From Nemertoderma westbladi (lineage: Eukaryota > Animalia > Xenacoelomorpha): a stretch of 47,371 nt of DNA. Below the pieces are notes generated by a model. It did no database searches. It worked only from the letters and a program-made list of their open reading frames with translations, and was not told the origin of the DNA. The stretch spans positions 1 through 47,371 of the forward strand of contig JAUCBJ010008108.1 in assembly GCA_032718475.1 (NCBI GenBank). Reading direction: 5' to 3'. Positions 36,092 through 47,371 of this stretch are shown here, in pieces (within the stretch, counting starts at the first letter, position 1; each line of letters opens with the position of its first letter). The position numbers were made by a program, and so were the translations under genes.

Positions 36092-36630
36092 GGTGGTTAG
36101 ACACGATACAAATTTTTTTTCAAAAATTTCTGCAAAACATTCCATTAGATTCAAAATTCGATGTAGATTCCAAAAATCAAACTCTCATGACAGCATTCAA
36201 AAGCAGTTAAAAGTTGTAAGCATTTTTCGGTGAAATTTTTCAAAGCGGTGCGCCAATTTTTTTTAATTGGGCTCATTTATTGAAATTTATTTATTTTGAA
36301 ATTTTTTTCCCAGAGAAAATCCAATTCACATAACCTATATCATAATCCTTCAAAACTTATATCCATTAGTATGGCACCTTTTACTTTTACATATGCGGTC
36401 TTTGACTTTCAGCTCCGTTTACTCCTTTCGCGATTATCGCGGAGGTGATTTTATTCATTTTCCTTTTTCTCGAGATCTGTAAATTCAATTGCCATGAAAT
36501 TTTAGATACTTATACAGAATTTGAGATGTAAAAGTGGAACCTCAAATATTTCAAATTTCTCAAATGAGTGTGGCCTATGGGCACATTTTAGAAGCACCCA
36601 TGAGCCATTAGAGCCATTACGAAACTCACC
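36092..36630. mobile_element. Possible Kolobok-like MITE (TTAA|GGTG...CACC|TTAA)
   Basis: TTAA flanks but only a 4-bp terminal match, so support is weak. Confidence 0.3.
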
Positions 36631-37655
36631 TTAACAGACAATTTTTGCGGTTTAAAGGCAATAATCTCGGAATCTCGGAATGGTATTTATTCATTTTTAA
36701 ACACTACTCCCACCCAATTTAAAGTTTTTTGGATCAAATGAAAGCTACTAGTTTGCGCAATATTAAAATTCGAGCAGTTGTTTTATTTTTTCAATTGTTC
36801 ATCTATTATAACGATCTGTCATTTCTCATCCGTCTTTTTTTGAAAATTTGAAAATTATTTCGAAAAATTGCGGTATTTTCCTTGAAAAGTACGAAAAAAA
36901 ATTATGATCGAATTTTTTCAATTAATCGGACAAGCTAATTCCTAGCAAGTTAACAAGTTACAACTTCTGAAAATAAAGAATAACAAAGGAGTAGCATTTT
37001 AATTAAAAAAAATGTAAAATTTTGGCTCTGGCCGCAAAGGGCGTCAAAAATGAATTTTTTTTTAAATATTACAATTCAATATACACCCAAAATGTATCTT
37101 ACACTTGTTTTCTATTTATTATCTTTGTAGCGCAGTAAGCATTACAATATGTTGACTTCCAAGCCAGTCCCCCCTCCCCTCTTCTTAACACTATTAAACC
37201 CGGCTGGGGGTGGGGGGGGGGGGGGGGGGGGGGTGTCAACATGACCCACCCCCTTGGATATTTTGTTATGGTTTGTTATGTTGGTTATTATGTTTTGTTA
37301 TTTTGTTTACTTTTGGCCATTACAGGGCCATTTTGGGGGCCAATTTTAATAATATTTGGTTGGGCTATTCTTGAACAACCCCAACGATGTTTAGTAGTAC
37401 AATAAATAATTCAGTTCAGAATTTTGTTCAGAATTAAGTTCAATGGACACCAAAATGTGAGATTCATTTGGGGGTGCTACTTGTAGTTTTAAGTCAGCAT
37501 CATTTGCACAGCTATGTGTATTTTGCACTAAGTTCTACTATTTCATGGTTGTTGCTCCACTCAAGGAATAGGTGATCGGATATGGCTTCAATATCGCGCA
37601 TCAGCAATCGTTGCTATACTAATTCAAATTTAAATTACTTACATAAGTGCTTATT

Positions 37656-37821
37656 TTGGACGGATCCAAGTTGGATGTTGGACGGATCCAAGTTGGATGT
37701 TAGACGGATCCACGTTGTATGTTAAACGGATCCAAGCTGGATGTTGGATGTTTTGGACGGATCCAAGTTGGATGTCTTTATTTCTCAGTGTTTGTTTGTT
37801 TGTTTGTTTGTTTGTTTGTTT
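37656..37821. repeat. 22-bp tandem repeat (TTGGACGGATCCAAGTTGGATG) x~5 followed by (GTTT)n, probably the end of a HINE/MITE-type element
   Basis: Units are directly visible in the sequence. Confidence 0.75.
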
Positions 37822-38766
37822 ATACACACAACTAATACTTGCACTTAATGTTGATGGAATTGGATGAAACTTTGATGATAGGTTCATTATCGGACCTAGT
37901 TGTGTATGCAAGGTTTTGGTTGCGAGGGACCTGTTGGTGGCCTAGCAACAGTGAAATTAATTCTGGAATGACCGATCATAATGGTAGAATTCACTCAATC
38001 AAAATTATGTCGACACCCCATATGGAGCACCTATTGGACGTGCTTTATGCGAAATTTCGCTTTATTTCGTTCATAATTGTAGGAGAAGATACATTTCCTA
38101 TAAAAAGTGTTTTTTTAACATACATTACAATATACTATTTTGTATGTGTATATTGTACAGACGGTACTTTGCCCAATGTTTCGATGCCCAATGTTTCGTT
38201 TTTCGTTATTAGGCTGCCCAAAAAAAAAATTAAAATTATTACAACAATATTGATAGCAATAGGCTCCGTCCATTATTGCCAGCTCTCGGCTGGCAAGCTT
38301 GTAAGAAGTTGATATCATGAAACTTGTAGGATTTGTGGGTCGAATCGTAATGTCAGGAACAGTTATAATTTATATCATGACCATAACGACTGTCTGCCTG
38401 TATATCAGACGCATTAATAATTGTCCGTAATTATTTTTAATTCTCCATACTGCGTATGTGTGGCGCCCAGGGGTAAACACCTTGACATTCTAGTTTCCAA
38501 TAATGGTGTTCTACCACTTGGTCTACTGAGCTTGTAGAAAGTAGCATCATTGGTATAATGATATCTGGTCGCTCATGGTAACTTACAGTTTTGCCCAAGG
38601 TGTAGCTACTTGCTACTCGTCTCTAGATGACCTTTTATTTCAATTATTACTTCTAATTCGGGTTGGTAAATTAGGAAACCTTTCGTTAGTTTCATTACTA
38701 TCTAGGAATAAAAATATTAGAAGGTTTTTATCGGTCCCCTTTTCTATAGTTAATTACACCACCCAC

Positions 38767-38945
38767 CTTGTCCCCACAGCAACAAAGGTAACAGCCGTGA
38801 TCATTCCTTTCAATCCAAGGAGGCATCCGAGAATAGTGGCGAAATCTCCGATCAATAAAGCGAAGCACCCAATCATAAAGAAACACACGACATACCTCAG
38901 CCACCCTCCAAGATAAACAGCCGGTGGAATAAACGCGAATAGAAG
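38767..38945 (-). CDS. NCX: NCX gene A exon: TM6-7 and start of alpha-2 (LLFAFIPP...GGW...IGDFATILGC...VAVGTS)
   Basis: Strong NCX motif match with CAG/GT boundaries and phases 0 and 2. Confidence 0.93.
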
Positions 38946-39168
38946 CTGAGAAATAATTAAAATATTGGTAAACTAATAATTATTCGACTATGGAAATATT
39001 ATTATTCGTACCTCCGTAGGTAGAGCGGGTTGTGATAATGAATAACTTTATACGGTCGTGATTTTATATCATTGGATGGAGAGAATATAGTAGCATCTAT
39101 AGTATCATATATGGCAATTACCAATATACATAAAGTGGTACATGTTGAACAAATCAATGACAACTAAC

Positions 39169-39347
39169 CTTCCAGATGAAGGATAAACTGTGCATGAGAT
39201 AGTCAAGTTTTGTTGCAGATTCGTTATCACCACCATTTACAAACACGGCCTCATGAAACTGGTCACTCCAGGTTGATGCACCAACAGATTCTTGACTTAA
39301 AGATTGATTAGCTTTATGGGCGCAGTGAAAAACGTAATTGTTGAATT
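39169..39347 (-). CDS. NCX: NCX gene A exon (EFNNYV...STWSDQFHEAV...DYLMHSLSFIWK)
   Basis: Matches NCX SWREQF..A and DYVMHFLTVFWK. Phases 1 and 0. Confidence 0.92.
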
Positions 39348-39859
39348 CTAAAAATAAAATAGAGATATAAATGAGAATATAACCAATAAATTAAATGCCT
39401 GAAATTCGCAATAATCAATTCATAAATGTAATTTGTAGAGTTATCCCTCGAAATGGCTAAATTCTATGCTACTTTTCTGATGTCCAGACCCCCGCGTCAC
39501 GGTAATAGTCAATCCTTAATTAAAGCAATGCGTGATGTGATGCCTTTATTATACGCTTAGAGTTGCCATTCTGTAATTCCCTGGTGTCCAAAACCACAGT
39601 GATTCCGTGTCTTTCAGAGTAACTAGATGGAATGTTGAAGGAGCTATGGACATCACCAACATCATAGTAACCTTTATCAGCGGCGTAGCCACGAGTAGGG
39701 GCACATAGGTTCGAGTTGATAAGACGCCCCCTGATCTAACATAGGTACAGTGTCCGTATTACTGTGTCCTCTCCAACGTAGCGTTTCTAATTTAGTCGGT
39801 GCTGAGTTAGATACATATTTCCAATTTTGTATTGTACACACTTCCGAAAAATATACTTT

Positions 39860-40250
39860 TGAGATGTCTAGAAACCCAGAAAACCTAAAAATTTGAATTT
39901 ATAGCATGTTATAACTATAAGTAAATAAAATGTTTTGTTGTTTTTTAACTGAAAAGTGCTCAGGTTACTCGTTTTTTTCATTATTGGTGACATAGAGGAA
40001 TAAAACTGCCACTTATATCCAGATAATTTTTAAACATTTCCAATGAATTCAGCGCTCCAGAAGACATAGAAAACAGATTAGGTGAAAATTTAAATTTTCC
40101 TATTGGCTTGTAAATTGTTCACTCCTTGAAATGTTGGTGCTAAAAAAACAACCCCGCTAAATCTTTTTAAATGTTTCTTCTTCGTTGAGCTCCAGAATAG
40201 TGAAATCTACATACAAACAAAAAAATAGCCCGGTAGGCCTACTAATGGGG
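39860..40250. mobile_element. Right-end fragment of the piggyBac-like family seen at 33027-34567
   Basis: Shares TGAATTTATAGCAT, AACTGAAAAGTGCT and ATAGCCCGGTA...CTAATGGGG|TTAA with that element. Confidence 0.65.
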
Positions 40251-40367
40251 TTAAAACTTGTTTTTAATATTAAAGCAGGCTGTTTGCATATTCAATACCC
40301 GTACATTAAGTATAGAAACAACACCTTATTGAAAAGGAAATGTGATGTGTGAATTATTGAAACTCAC

Positions 40368-40494
40368 CAACGTCATCTACAATCCGAGGATTCGGGGGCA
40401 GTTGGGGGTCATCATGGGGTTCTGTAAACGTTGTGGTTGCGAAAATAGCTCGAGTGGTTCCCAATGTCGGATCCTCTTCACTTTTTCTTATGTG
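40368..40494 (-). CDS. NCX: NCX gene A exon occupying the position of CBD1-CBD2 (HIRKSEEDPTLGTTRAIF...PRIVDDV)
   Basis: CAG acceptor (phase 0) and GTGAGT donor (phase 1) fit both neighbours. The N-terminal part resembles gene B DRTVGNTRAVVEF. Confidence 0.75.
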
Positions 40495-41032
40495 CTGATG
40501 GATGTATAAATATCCAATAAAAACGTCACGACACACAATGTATTTGTATAATATGCACATATAAATTTTAGCTATGTATAATAATTTTTATGAATATGTA
40601 TTAATATTAAAATATAATTAAATAAAATTGTTATATTAATTATAATATTTATATATATACTACACAATGTTGATCCATGAAAACAAATATATATATATAC
40701 TTATTACATACTTGTATTCATTAAATATGAAGTACACAATTTTAACATTTTTTTTCACCTAGTTTAAACAAACATTGAGTTAATATGTAGCTCATGGACC
40801 CTACCACATGACTCAGATAGTCTAAGGATACTAAGGACTAATTAGACGCTAACTACATCCGAGATTAATAATTTGAGGTTGAAAGACATGGATATATTCC
40901 GGATGGTAGTCTGAATATTCAGCGCAAAGTATTCGCCCGTGGTATCTAGCGATATGATAAAAATAGACAATGAGTTAGTGCGTTTAGAAGGGCCTTTTTC
41001 TAAGTGACCAACAATAGAATTTAAAATGAAAT

Positions 41033-41074
41033 AACCGAGTATATTTCGGGCAACAGCCCTTTATCAACTCAATT
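41033..41074 (-). ncRNA. Minimal type I hammerhead ribozyme motif (Penelope-type, C3U/G8A variant)
   Basis: Minus strand reads AATTGAG TTGATAA A GGGC TGTT GCCC GAAA TA TA CTCGGTT: 7-bp stem I, core UUGAUAA, 4-bp stem II, GAAA, palindromic minimal stem III and UA before the predicted cleavage site. Confidence 0.7.
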
Positions 41075-41609
41075 CAGTTAAACTGCATGCAGGCATGTGT
41101 AAAGTACAGAAGTACATAAGTACATTGTCTATTATGATACCACCGGTGACCTGGGCAAACACATATTTACAGAGGATATGATAAACAATACGACATTGTT
41201 TCTACATCGACGATGGATGCGCTGGGGCCGAGATGGTAGATGTAGAATACAAACTGGCCATAGATATGGTGGATTGCTAAAAAGCAGATGATTCCCCTGG
41301 TCAAGTTCCGCTCACATTACCTTCAGCTTATGAAAAAAAGCTTATTAAATAAAACTCGATAAAGGTTGAACGTGTTGAGTGGTACATACATAGAAACAAA
41401 TTAATCTTCAACTATAACCCCATCGATTGACCATTTTTACTAAACGGGGATGTCTCTCAATTAAACGTTCAATCTTCAATACGTTGAATTTCATTTCAAC
41501 TGTAATCCTGGCAGGAATAAACTTAAAAAAGCAAATGTGGATTAATGAAATGGGCTGGGAAAACTTTTGTAAGACGCAATGAATATATATTGAGTTTTTG
41601 GAATACAAC

Positions 41610-41760
41610 ACCAAAGGTGATCAGCCCATGAGTTTCAAAACGCCTCTTAAAGGACACTAGATGCAGATAATATCTTGATGATGCAGATAATCTGGCGAAG
41701 GTCATGGGTGAAACGTAGTTGTGGTACCGCAATTTTATAAACATTGCATTCTTAATTGAC
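41610..41760 (+). mobile_element. RTE-clade LINE 3' remnant
   Basis: Reverse-complement homolog of ~16520-16630 (CAGCCCATGA...CTTAAAGGACACT...GTCATGGGTGA). Confidence 0.6.
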
Positions 41761-42071
41761 ACTGCATGACAGCCAAAAAATCAGTTCAAGGTGGTTACCA
41801 AAAAGTATCACATAATATTCCGGCTGGTCCTTGGACTATACCCCCGTTCTCCTTGGTCTAATTGTTTGCATTTGACTTAAAAACCTTTACAACAATTTAT
41901 AATTTCACTGTCTAATTAGTTAAACTCTCCTATAATATTTTTTATTAAGATATGAATGGACCAAACTGTACTCTACAGTGCACTTGCCAGTAATGCACAG
42001 CTAATTCTAGAAACAACTTTACAAACGTTTCAAGGTTCCAGAATTAACTACTACCAGTACCCAACACAAAC

Positions 42072-42201
42072 CTTCCCGCATTTAGATTTGCTCATTCTTC
42101 TTGGCTTTACATTTTTCCCAGCAGTAAATCGTCGAATTGCATATATTTTGTACCATGATATACTGTGGTGTCTTCTTGCCGCATTTTCAGAAACAAGTAA
42201 C
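42072..42201 (-). CDS. NCX: NCX gene A exon (LLVSENAARRHHSISWYKIYAIRRFTAGKNVKP...), paralogous to 25167-25293
   Basis: Same phases (2 and 0) and the same AAG|GTTTGT donor as the gene B exon, with clear peptide similarity. Confidence 0.85.
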
Positions 42202-42654
42202 CTAAATTATTACCAAATAAATTAAGAATTTAACAATAGAGTTTAACATGAAACATAAATTTTTGTATTCATTTGGCGTTTGTTAATTATTAGTGTCGGC
42301 ACTTATTTTTCTATTATCAATTGCGTAATAATAGTAGACTATTTAGTTGATGGAATCATTTGCTGTGATTTATAATTACTAAGATTATCAATAATAATAA
42401 TTATTTCTCTTTTATTTCATCCATAAAAAATCGGACATATTAGAATTACCGGAACACACTAAACATAATTAAGTAATACTATAAAGCACAAATTTTATTT
42501 ATTATCAATACAAAGTATATTTTTAAGACATGCCAAAGGTCAATTTTATTGGTAGCCATTCATTTACTTTATGTTGTCTTACAATTAAATTATTGAACCA
42601 TGTTATTTTAAATTTATTGAAAATACTCAGTGCAATTTCTATTATTATAATTAA

Positions 42655-42745
42655 CTAGAGACGGGCCTAGCGGCCCGTGAAGCAAGTCGTAGGAGACAGT
42701 ACGAGTCAAGTAAAAGCTTTTTGTTCTGTCTGATAATAAATTAGT
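42655..42745 (-). mobile_element. Helitron-type 3' terminus (GC hairpin plus CTAG)
   Basis: Minus strand ACGGGCC-GCTA-GGCCCGT-CT-CTAG|T. Only the hairpin and CTAG are seen; the extent is a guess. Confidence 0.55.
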
Positions 42746-42794
42746 GTGAGGGTAGTCCCGGTGGTGTACGAGAAATTTTCTAGACAACTTCAAA

Positions 42795-43690
42795 CTATAA
42801 TAGCTCTAGGTCCTCTGCGTCGAACTCATTCTCCTCCGCCCACTCTCTTGATGTTGCTTCCCCTCCTAACTCATTTATCGGCGGTATTTCTCTGTAATTA
42901 TCCTCTATCCTTTCACCACGCTCCACTATGCGTGGTTCCAGCTCCATACCCATCCCTGACTCCTGGTATCCTTCCCCGGGCCGCTTCTCACATGGGACGT
43001 CCCCTTCGCCCATCTCTGGTTTCTCCTCTACGTCCTCAACAATACCAGACAGCACGCACCCTGATGTCTCGGAAACACCAAATGGTGTCCTCGTCTTAAT
43101 TGGGCCAGTGAGCATCCATCCAAATGGCGTGAGAATGGCCATCGGGTCTCGCTCCCTGTCATCGCCGAAAATGGTCTGTAGTCTCTCGTGGGCCGTCGGG
43201 CGGTCCATGCCGACTATGAGAGATACTTTGGGGACATCCAGCTCGGGCACGGAGAAATCGATGTTGTCCAGGTACTGGTATTGCTCGACCTCGATCTTCG
43301 TGGGTCGCCTGGCATTAATATTAATCGATTCTATTATTCGGATGGGTTCGATGGTAGCCCCATAGCCGCACCCTGGTGTTATCGCTGATATCTCGCAACA
43401 TCCCGTTCTCATCTTCAAGACCTCATCCTTACTAGAGATAGTGGTTACCGCCATGTTATCGCTGATATCTCGCAACATCCCGTTCTCATCTTCAAGACCT
43501 CATCCTTACTAGAGATAGTGGTTACCGCCATCTTGCTAGGCCTCGTTCGTAACCCTATCTCTTTCGGCCACCCAACTCTCCATTAGCGTGAATGCTGCTC
43601 CACTATCGACCAACATTAGTGTTGTGACCGATAGCCCGTCTCTCCTGTTATTCTCACTGGTACTACCCCGAGTAGTACTGTCCTCTTCCT
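42795..43690 (-). pseudogene. Bel/Pao aspartic protease region fragment
   Basis: DSG catalytic motif near 43600 and a TPFGW motif, disrupted by a 75-bp duplication. Confidence 0.7.
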
Positions 43691-44078
43691 CCTTGCTCCC
43701 GTCGTGCTCGTTGCCATTGTTTGGCCTCTACCTCCATCTACCTCGCCGTGTTTCATTGGTGTTTCCCTACACTCTTCGAATCTGTGTCCTCCTACCACGC
43801 ATCGATGACATAGTCCATTTATACCCGCGTAGGCTACCCGATCTTGTTTAGGCAACGCCTGCCAATGCTTGCAGTTCATGGTCTGGTGGAATGCGTTTGT
43901 GTGTAATTGGCATTTGTATTCTGGATTGTAGCATTCTTTGTATAGCGCTTCACGTATCGCGCGTATATTTATACCTAGCGGTTTAGTGTTTTGGTTATTT
44001 GGACTCGGCCTACTGGGGGTGTTGGGATTATATTTGTTTGTGTTGTTGTTTTGTTTCTGTCCCTGCCACGGTGTGGCC

Positions 44079-44867
44079 CTACTCCCAGCTGTCTGTGGAC
44101 TTGCAGTCCCTTGTGTCGCTAACCACGTAGGCTACCCAATCTTGTTTAGGCAACGCCTGCCAATGCTTGTAGTTCATGGTCTGGTGGAATGCGTTTTTGT
44201 GTAATTGGCATTTGTATTCTGGATTGTAGCATTCTTTGTATAGCGCTTCACGTATCGCGCGTATATTTATACCTAGCAGTTTAGTGTTTTGGTTATTTGG
44301 ACTCGGCCTACTGGGGGTGTTGGGATTATATTTGTTCGTGTTGTTGTTTTGTTTCTGTCCTTGCCACGGTGTGGCCCTACTCCCAGCTGTCTGTGGACTT
44401 GCAGTCCCCTGTGTCGCCGCGTATGGTAGTGACTGTCTTAATTTTGGTAGTGCATTCGCCGCACTGTGTTCGGGTTTAGGCCTGTTGTATTCAGCTCTCG
44501 GCGCCCTCCCCAGACTATCCTCGCTGTAGACTGGGTCTGTAATCAATTCCGCCTCATAGTTAAGGAAGTTCGACATCTCCTCTAGCCCTGGCTCCGCACC
44601 TTTCTTCTCCCGGGTGGAGAAGGCGATCTTTCTCCACTTGTTCCTCAGCCAGATCGGTAGTGCCTGCGCTATTGTAGTGATGTTATTCGATGCGTTGAGT
44701 TCGTAAGGTGCATCTAGGGTCTTTAGCACAATCAGCGCCTTTTCGACTTTATTCGCGAAGGTCTTGATGCTGACAGGGTTATCCTGTAGTCCGCCTGATG
44801 TTATTCCCTTTAAGGTTTGTCGGATGATCTTCGCAGGATGCCCGAATTCCCTGTCCAGGGCCCGCAT
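44079..44867 (-). pseudogene. Bel/Pao gag fragment
   Basis: 262-aa ORF with the IAQALPIWLRNKW and EMSNFLNYEAE patterns, frameshifted at both ends. Confidence 0.75.
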
Positions 44868-47371
44868 GCAGTCATGAATCCACCTTCGATACCTTGGTAC
44901 TGCCTTACGATGTCGTATGCTGGCCCCCCTGTGTAAACTTGTAGGTATTTAAGGCACTCCGCCTGCGTCAAGTTTTTTGTTAATATCCGGTGTTATATTT
45001 GGTACTGGGGTTGATGTTACCATGTTAGGGCCCATGCATCTATCGGCAATAGCTCCCCCCTCCTCGGGGTATATATTATATCCCTGCATGTTATAGTCAT
45101 ACTGGTGTGCAGGTACCGGTATAGGCCTATCCACTTCTTGCCTACCGACCGGTATGTACGCCGCGACTTCCGGGTTTAATCCTGTTGTCCTCGTTACCCT
45201 ATCGCCTACACTATCTCTTCCAGCATGGCCTATAGTATGTGCAGTAAGGCCTACAGTATGTCCTACAGTCTGCCTGTGTCCTTCCGGACCAAAGTTTAAT
45301 CTTCTCGAATATTCCAAGAAGTCCTCCCCGCGAGTACCAGTTCCGACGGGAAGTTTCTCTTTGATCCCCACTTCTGTCTTCATCCTCATACCGGTACATC
45401 CTGTAACCTTCTCCCGGTGCGTGGTATATCTCACCAGGTTGTGTCTCTCCGGGGCGACGGCAATTTCCCGGAGTATGACCCTACCGGCTCTCTGACTCTA
45501 TCTCGACTATTGACGGTTCACTGTCCGTCCTTTCTCTCCGGTTGGTCGTGGCAATGCTCCTTCGATTCTCCTCACTTCGTCTCGCTTCAGTGCAGTGTTC
45601 CTCCGCATGAGATCTCGCTTCGACCTCCCAGATAAACTCCACTGTTCTTCTTCCGTCTTCCGACTGGGCTCAACATTCTCTCGCTCGCCCACTCACAGCG
45701 CCAACGTCTCTTGCTCTGCCCGGTTGGATGGTCCTGGGGATATTCGCAATCCCCCTACTATTCTCTGTCGTCGGGTGCCGCGGTTCACCTAACTTGCCGT
45801 GCGCATTGTCCGCCAACGCTTGTGGGACATTCTCTGCCCCCCCCCCCTCTCGTCCGCTGTTGGGTGCCACGGCTCACTTAACTCGCCGCGCGCATTTCCC
45901 ATTAACGCTTGTTGGACATTCTCTGCCCCCCCCCCCCCCCCCCCCCTCTCGCCACTAATCGCTTGTGGTGGGGTGCCCGTAGCCCCCCCCCATCCGTCAC
46001 CTCTTATTTTGCCCCTATGCCCCCCTCTAGTCGACGCATTATCTCTACCCTCGCTGGGTTTATTCACCCCGCTTCTCCCTGTGCAACTGCGTGGCCTTGC
46101 AGGCTCTCATTGGGTTTATTCACCCTCGCTACTCCCTGTGCAACTGCGTGGCCTTGTAGGCTCTCATTGGGTTTATTCACCCCCGCTACTCCCTGTGCAA
46201 CTGCGTGGCCTTGCAGGCTCTCATTGGCTGGCTCACTTGTTCACCCTACGTTTGTATTAATTGCACCGTTATTAATTTCGCCCTGATTCGTTACTAATGA
46301 TATTACTTTGATTAATTTCCTCGGGGTTATTCAAGGTATTGTTATTACCTAAATTATTATTTAAATTATTTAAATTATTTTGCTCCAAATTATTTATATT
46401 ATTATTTAAATTATTTTGCACATTTAAATTAGGATTATTGTTACCGGGTAAAATATTATTTCCCCTGCAAGAAAGTTTTGATTAGGGTTATCTATTACGG
46501 TACTATTAATATTAACTCCCTCTAGCGTATTATTACCCCCCCGCCCGTACAGTTACACCAGTCCTGGGTCTGTCGTCCGGTACCTGTAAGTGGGGTAATA
46601 ACAAAGGTTTCCATTACATATGGTTCCTTGTAATTACTACCCGAACCAGCCTCACTCTCCGATAAACCCAACTTTGCCAGTTCTAACCGGCTTTTTTGCT
46701 TTGCTTGATATTGCATTATCCCCCTCAACCAGGTATGCATATCATCCAGCATATGCTTCCCGGCCCTCTCTCTCTCTCTATCCTCCCTACTACTTTGGTT
46801 GGCCAATTCTGTCTCCCTCGCCTCCCGCTCTCTACGCTCGTTCGTTTCCCTCTCTACCCATGCTGCCTCTCTCGCTTCTCACTCTTTGCGCTCATTCACT
46901 TCTCTTTCAATTCTCTCAGCCTCCCGTACCTTGCGCTCGTTTTCCACTCTTGCCTCCCACTCCTCGCGCTCTTTATGCTCACTCATCTCTCTCTCCCCCG
47001 CTCCCTATAGTTTCTCGCCACCCTCTCGGCCCTCTCTTTACACTCTCTCGCTAATTATCACTCCCTCTCTAATAGCGCAGTTCCCTCATCCAACTGCCTT
47101 TCCAGTTCCTTTTGATCCAGTGCCGCAATGTCTAGTTGACACGCCAGATCTATTTCTTACACCCTTCTTGCTTTCGCGGAGGATGTAGCGGACTTATAGG
47201 TCACGACGGACTCCCGTCGCATCTCTGTCCTACTAATTTTCCCCCATTTACTGGGGTTCCTACTAACCGTCGACACCGAATCCTCGGGGTTAACCTCGGA
47301 TTCGCAGTCATGCGGGTCTGCCCATCCCACTAACTTAATTCCCCTAGCATCCACTAAGTAAGTCCCTACGT

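Larger units (their letters stand above)
42746..47371 (-). mobile_element. Degenerate Bel/Pao LTR retrotransposon (gag, Zn knuckle, protease), truncated before RT
   Basis: DUF1759-like ALDREFGHP...; GLCHRCVVGGHRFEEC knuckle; VLLGVVPVRI and LVDSGAAFT protease; LIVGMD; AILTPFGWMLTGP. Many frameshifts and internal duplications. Confidence 0.85.

Noticed and set aside
38460-38531. tRNA-like sequence on the minus strand ending GGGCGCCA
   Set aside because: It has an A-box-like start but no intact T-loop or cloverleaf; at most a decayed SINE head.
41408-41762. GIY-YIG or Penelope ORF remnant beside the hammerhead
   Set aside because: No GIY-YIG motif is visible, and 41610-41760 is instead an RTE 3' end homologous to ~16520-16630.
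19430-42201. Both NCX halves being one scrambled gene
   Set aside because: Each half has its own diverged copy of the same exon (25167-25293 and 42072-42201), so they are paralogs.

Overview
AT-rich eukaryotic (invertebrate-like) genomic DNA dominated by transposable elements around two tandem, minus-strand Na+/Ca2+ exchanger (NCX/SLC8) paralogs, whose spliced exons I traced by hand with consistent intron phases. Gene B (27400 to 19430) shows TM1-5, CBD1 and part of CBD2, and its 3' exons are not visible in the window. Gene A (42201 to 32334) shows only its 3' half and appears to lack both Calx-beta Ca2+-regulatory domains. The TEs are two Bel/Pao LTR elements, an intact hATm-type transposon (747-aa transposase, ~320-bp TIRs, no TSD), RTE-X, RTE and CRE-like LINE remnants and several MITEs. 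There is also a 51/52-bp satellite and a minimal Penelope-type hammerhead ribozyme motif. The most unusual signal is a group of non-autonomous elements. Four copies from two families sit precisely at TGTA with a TGT direct repeat, and a more distant fifth copy has a TC repeat. All five carry a 3' hairpin with covarying stems and a near-invariant TGCTGCG loop, and the joined ends form an inverted-repeat/6-bp-spacer junction resembling a tyrosine-recombinase site. All family assignments come from motif recognition only; no database searches were run.
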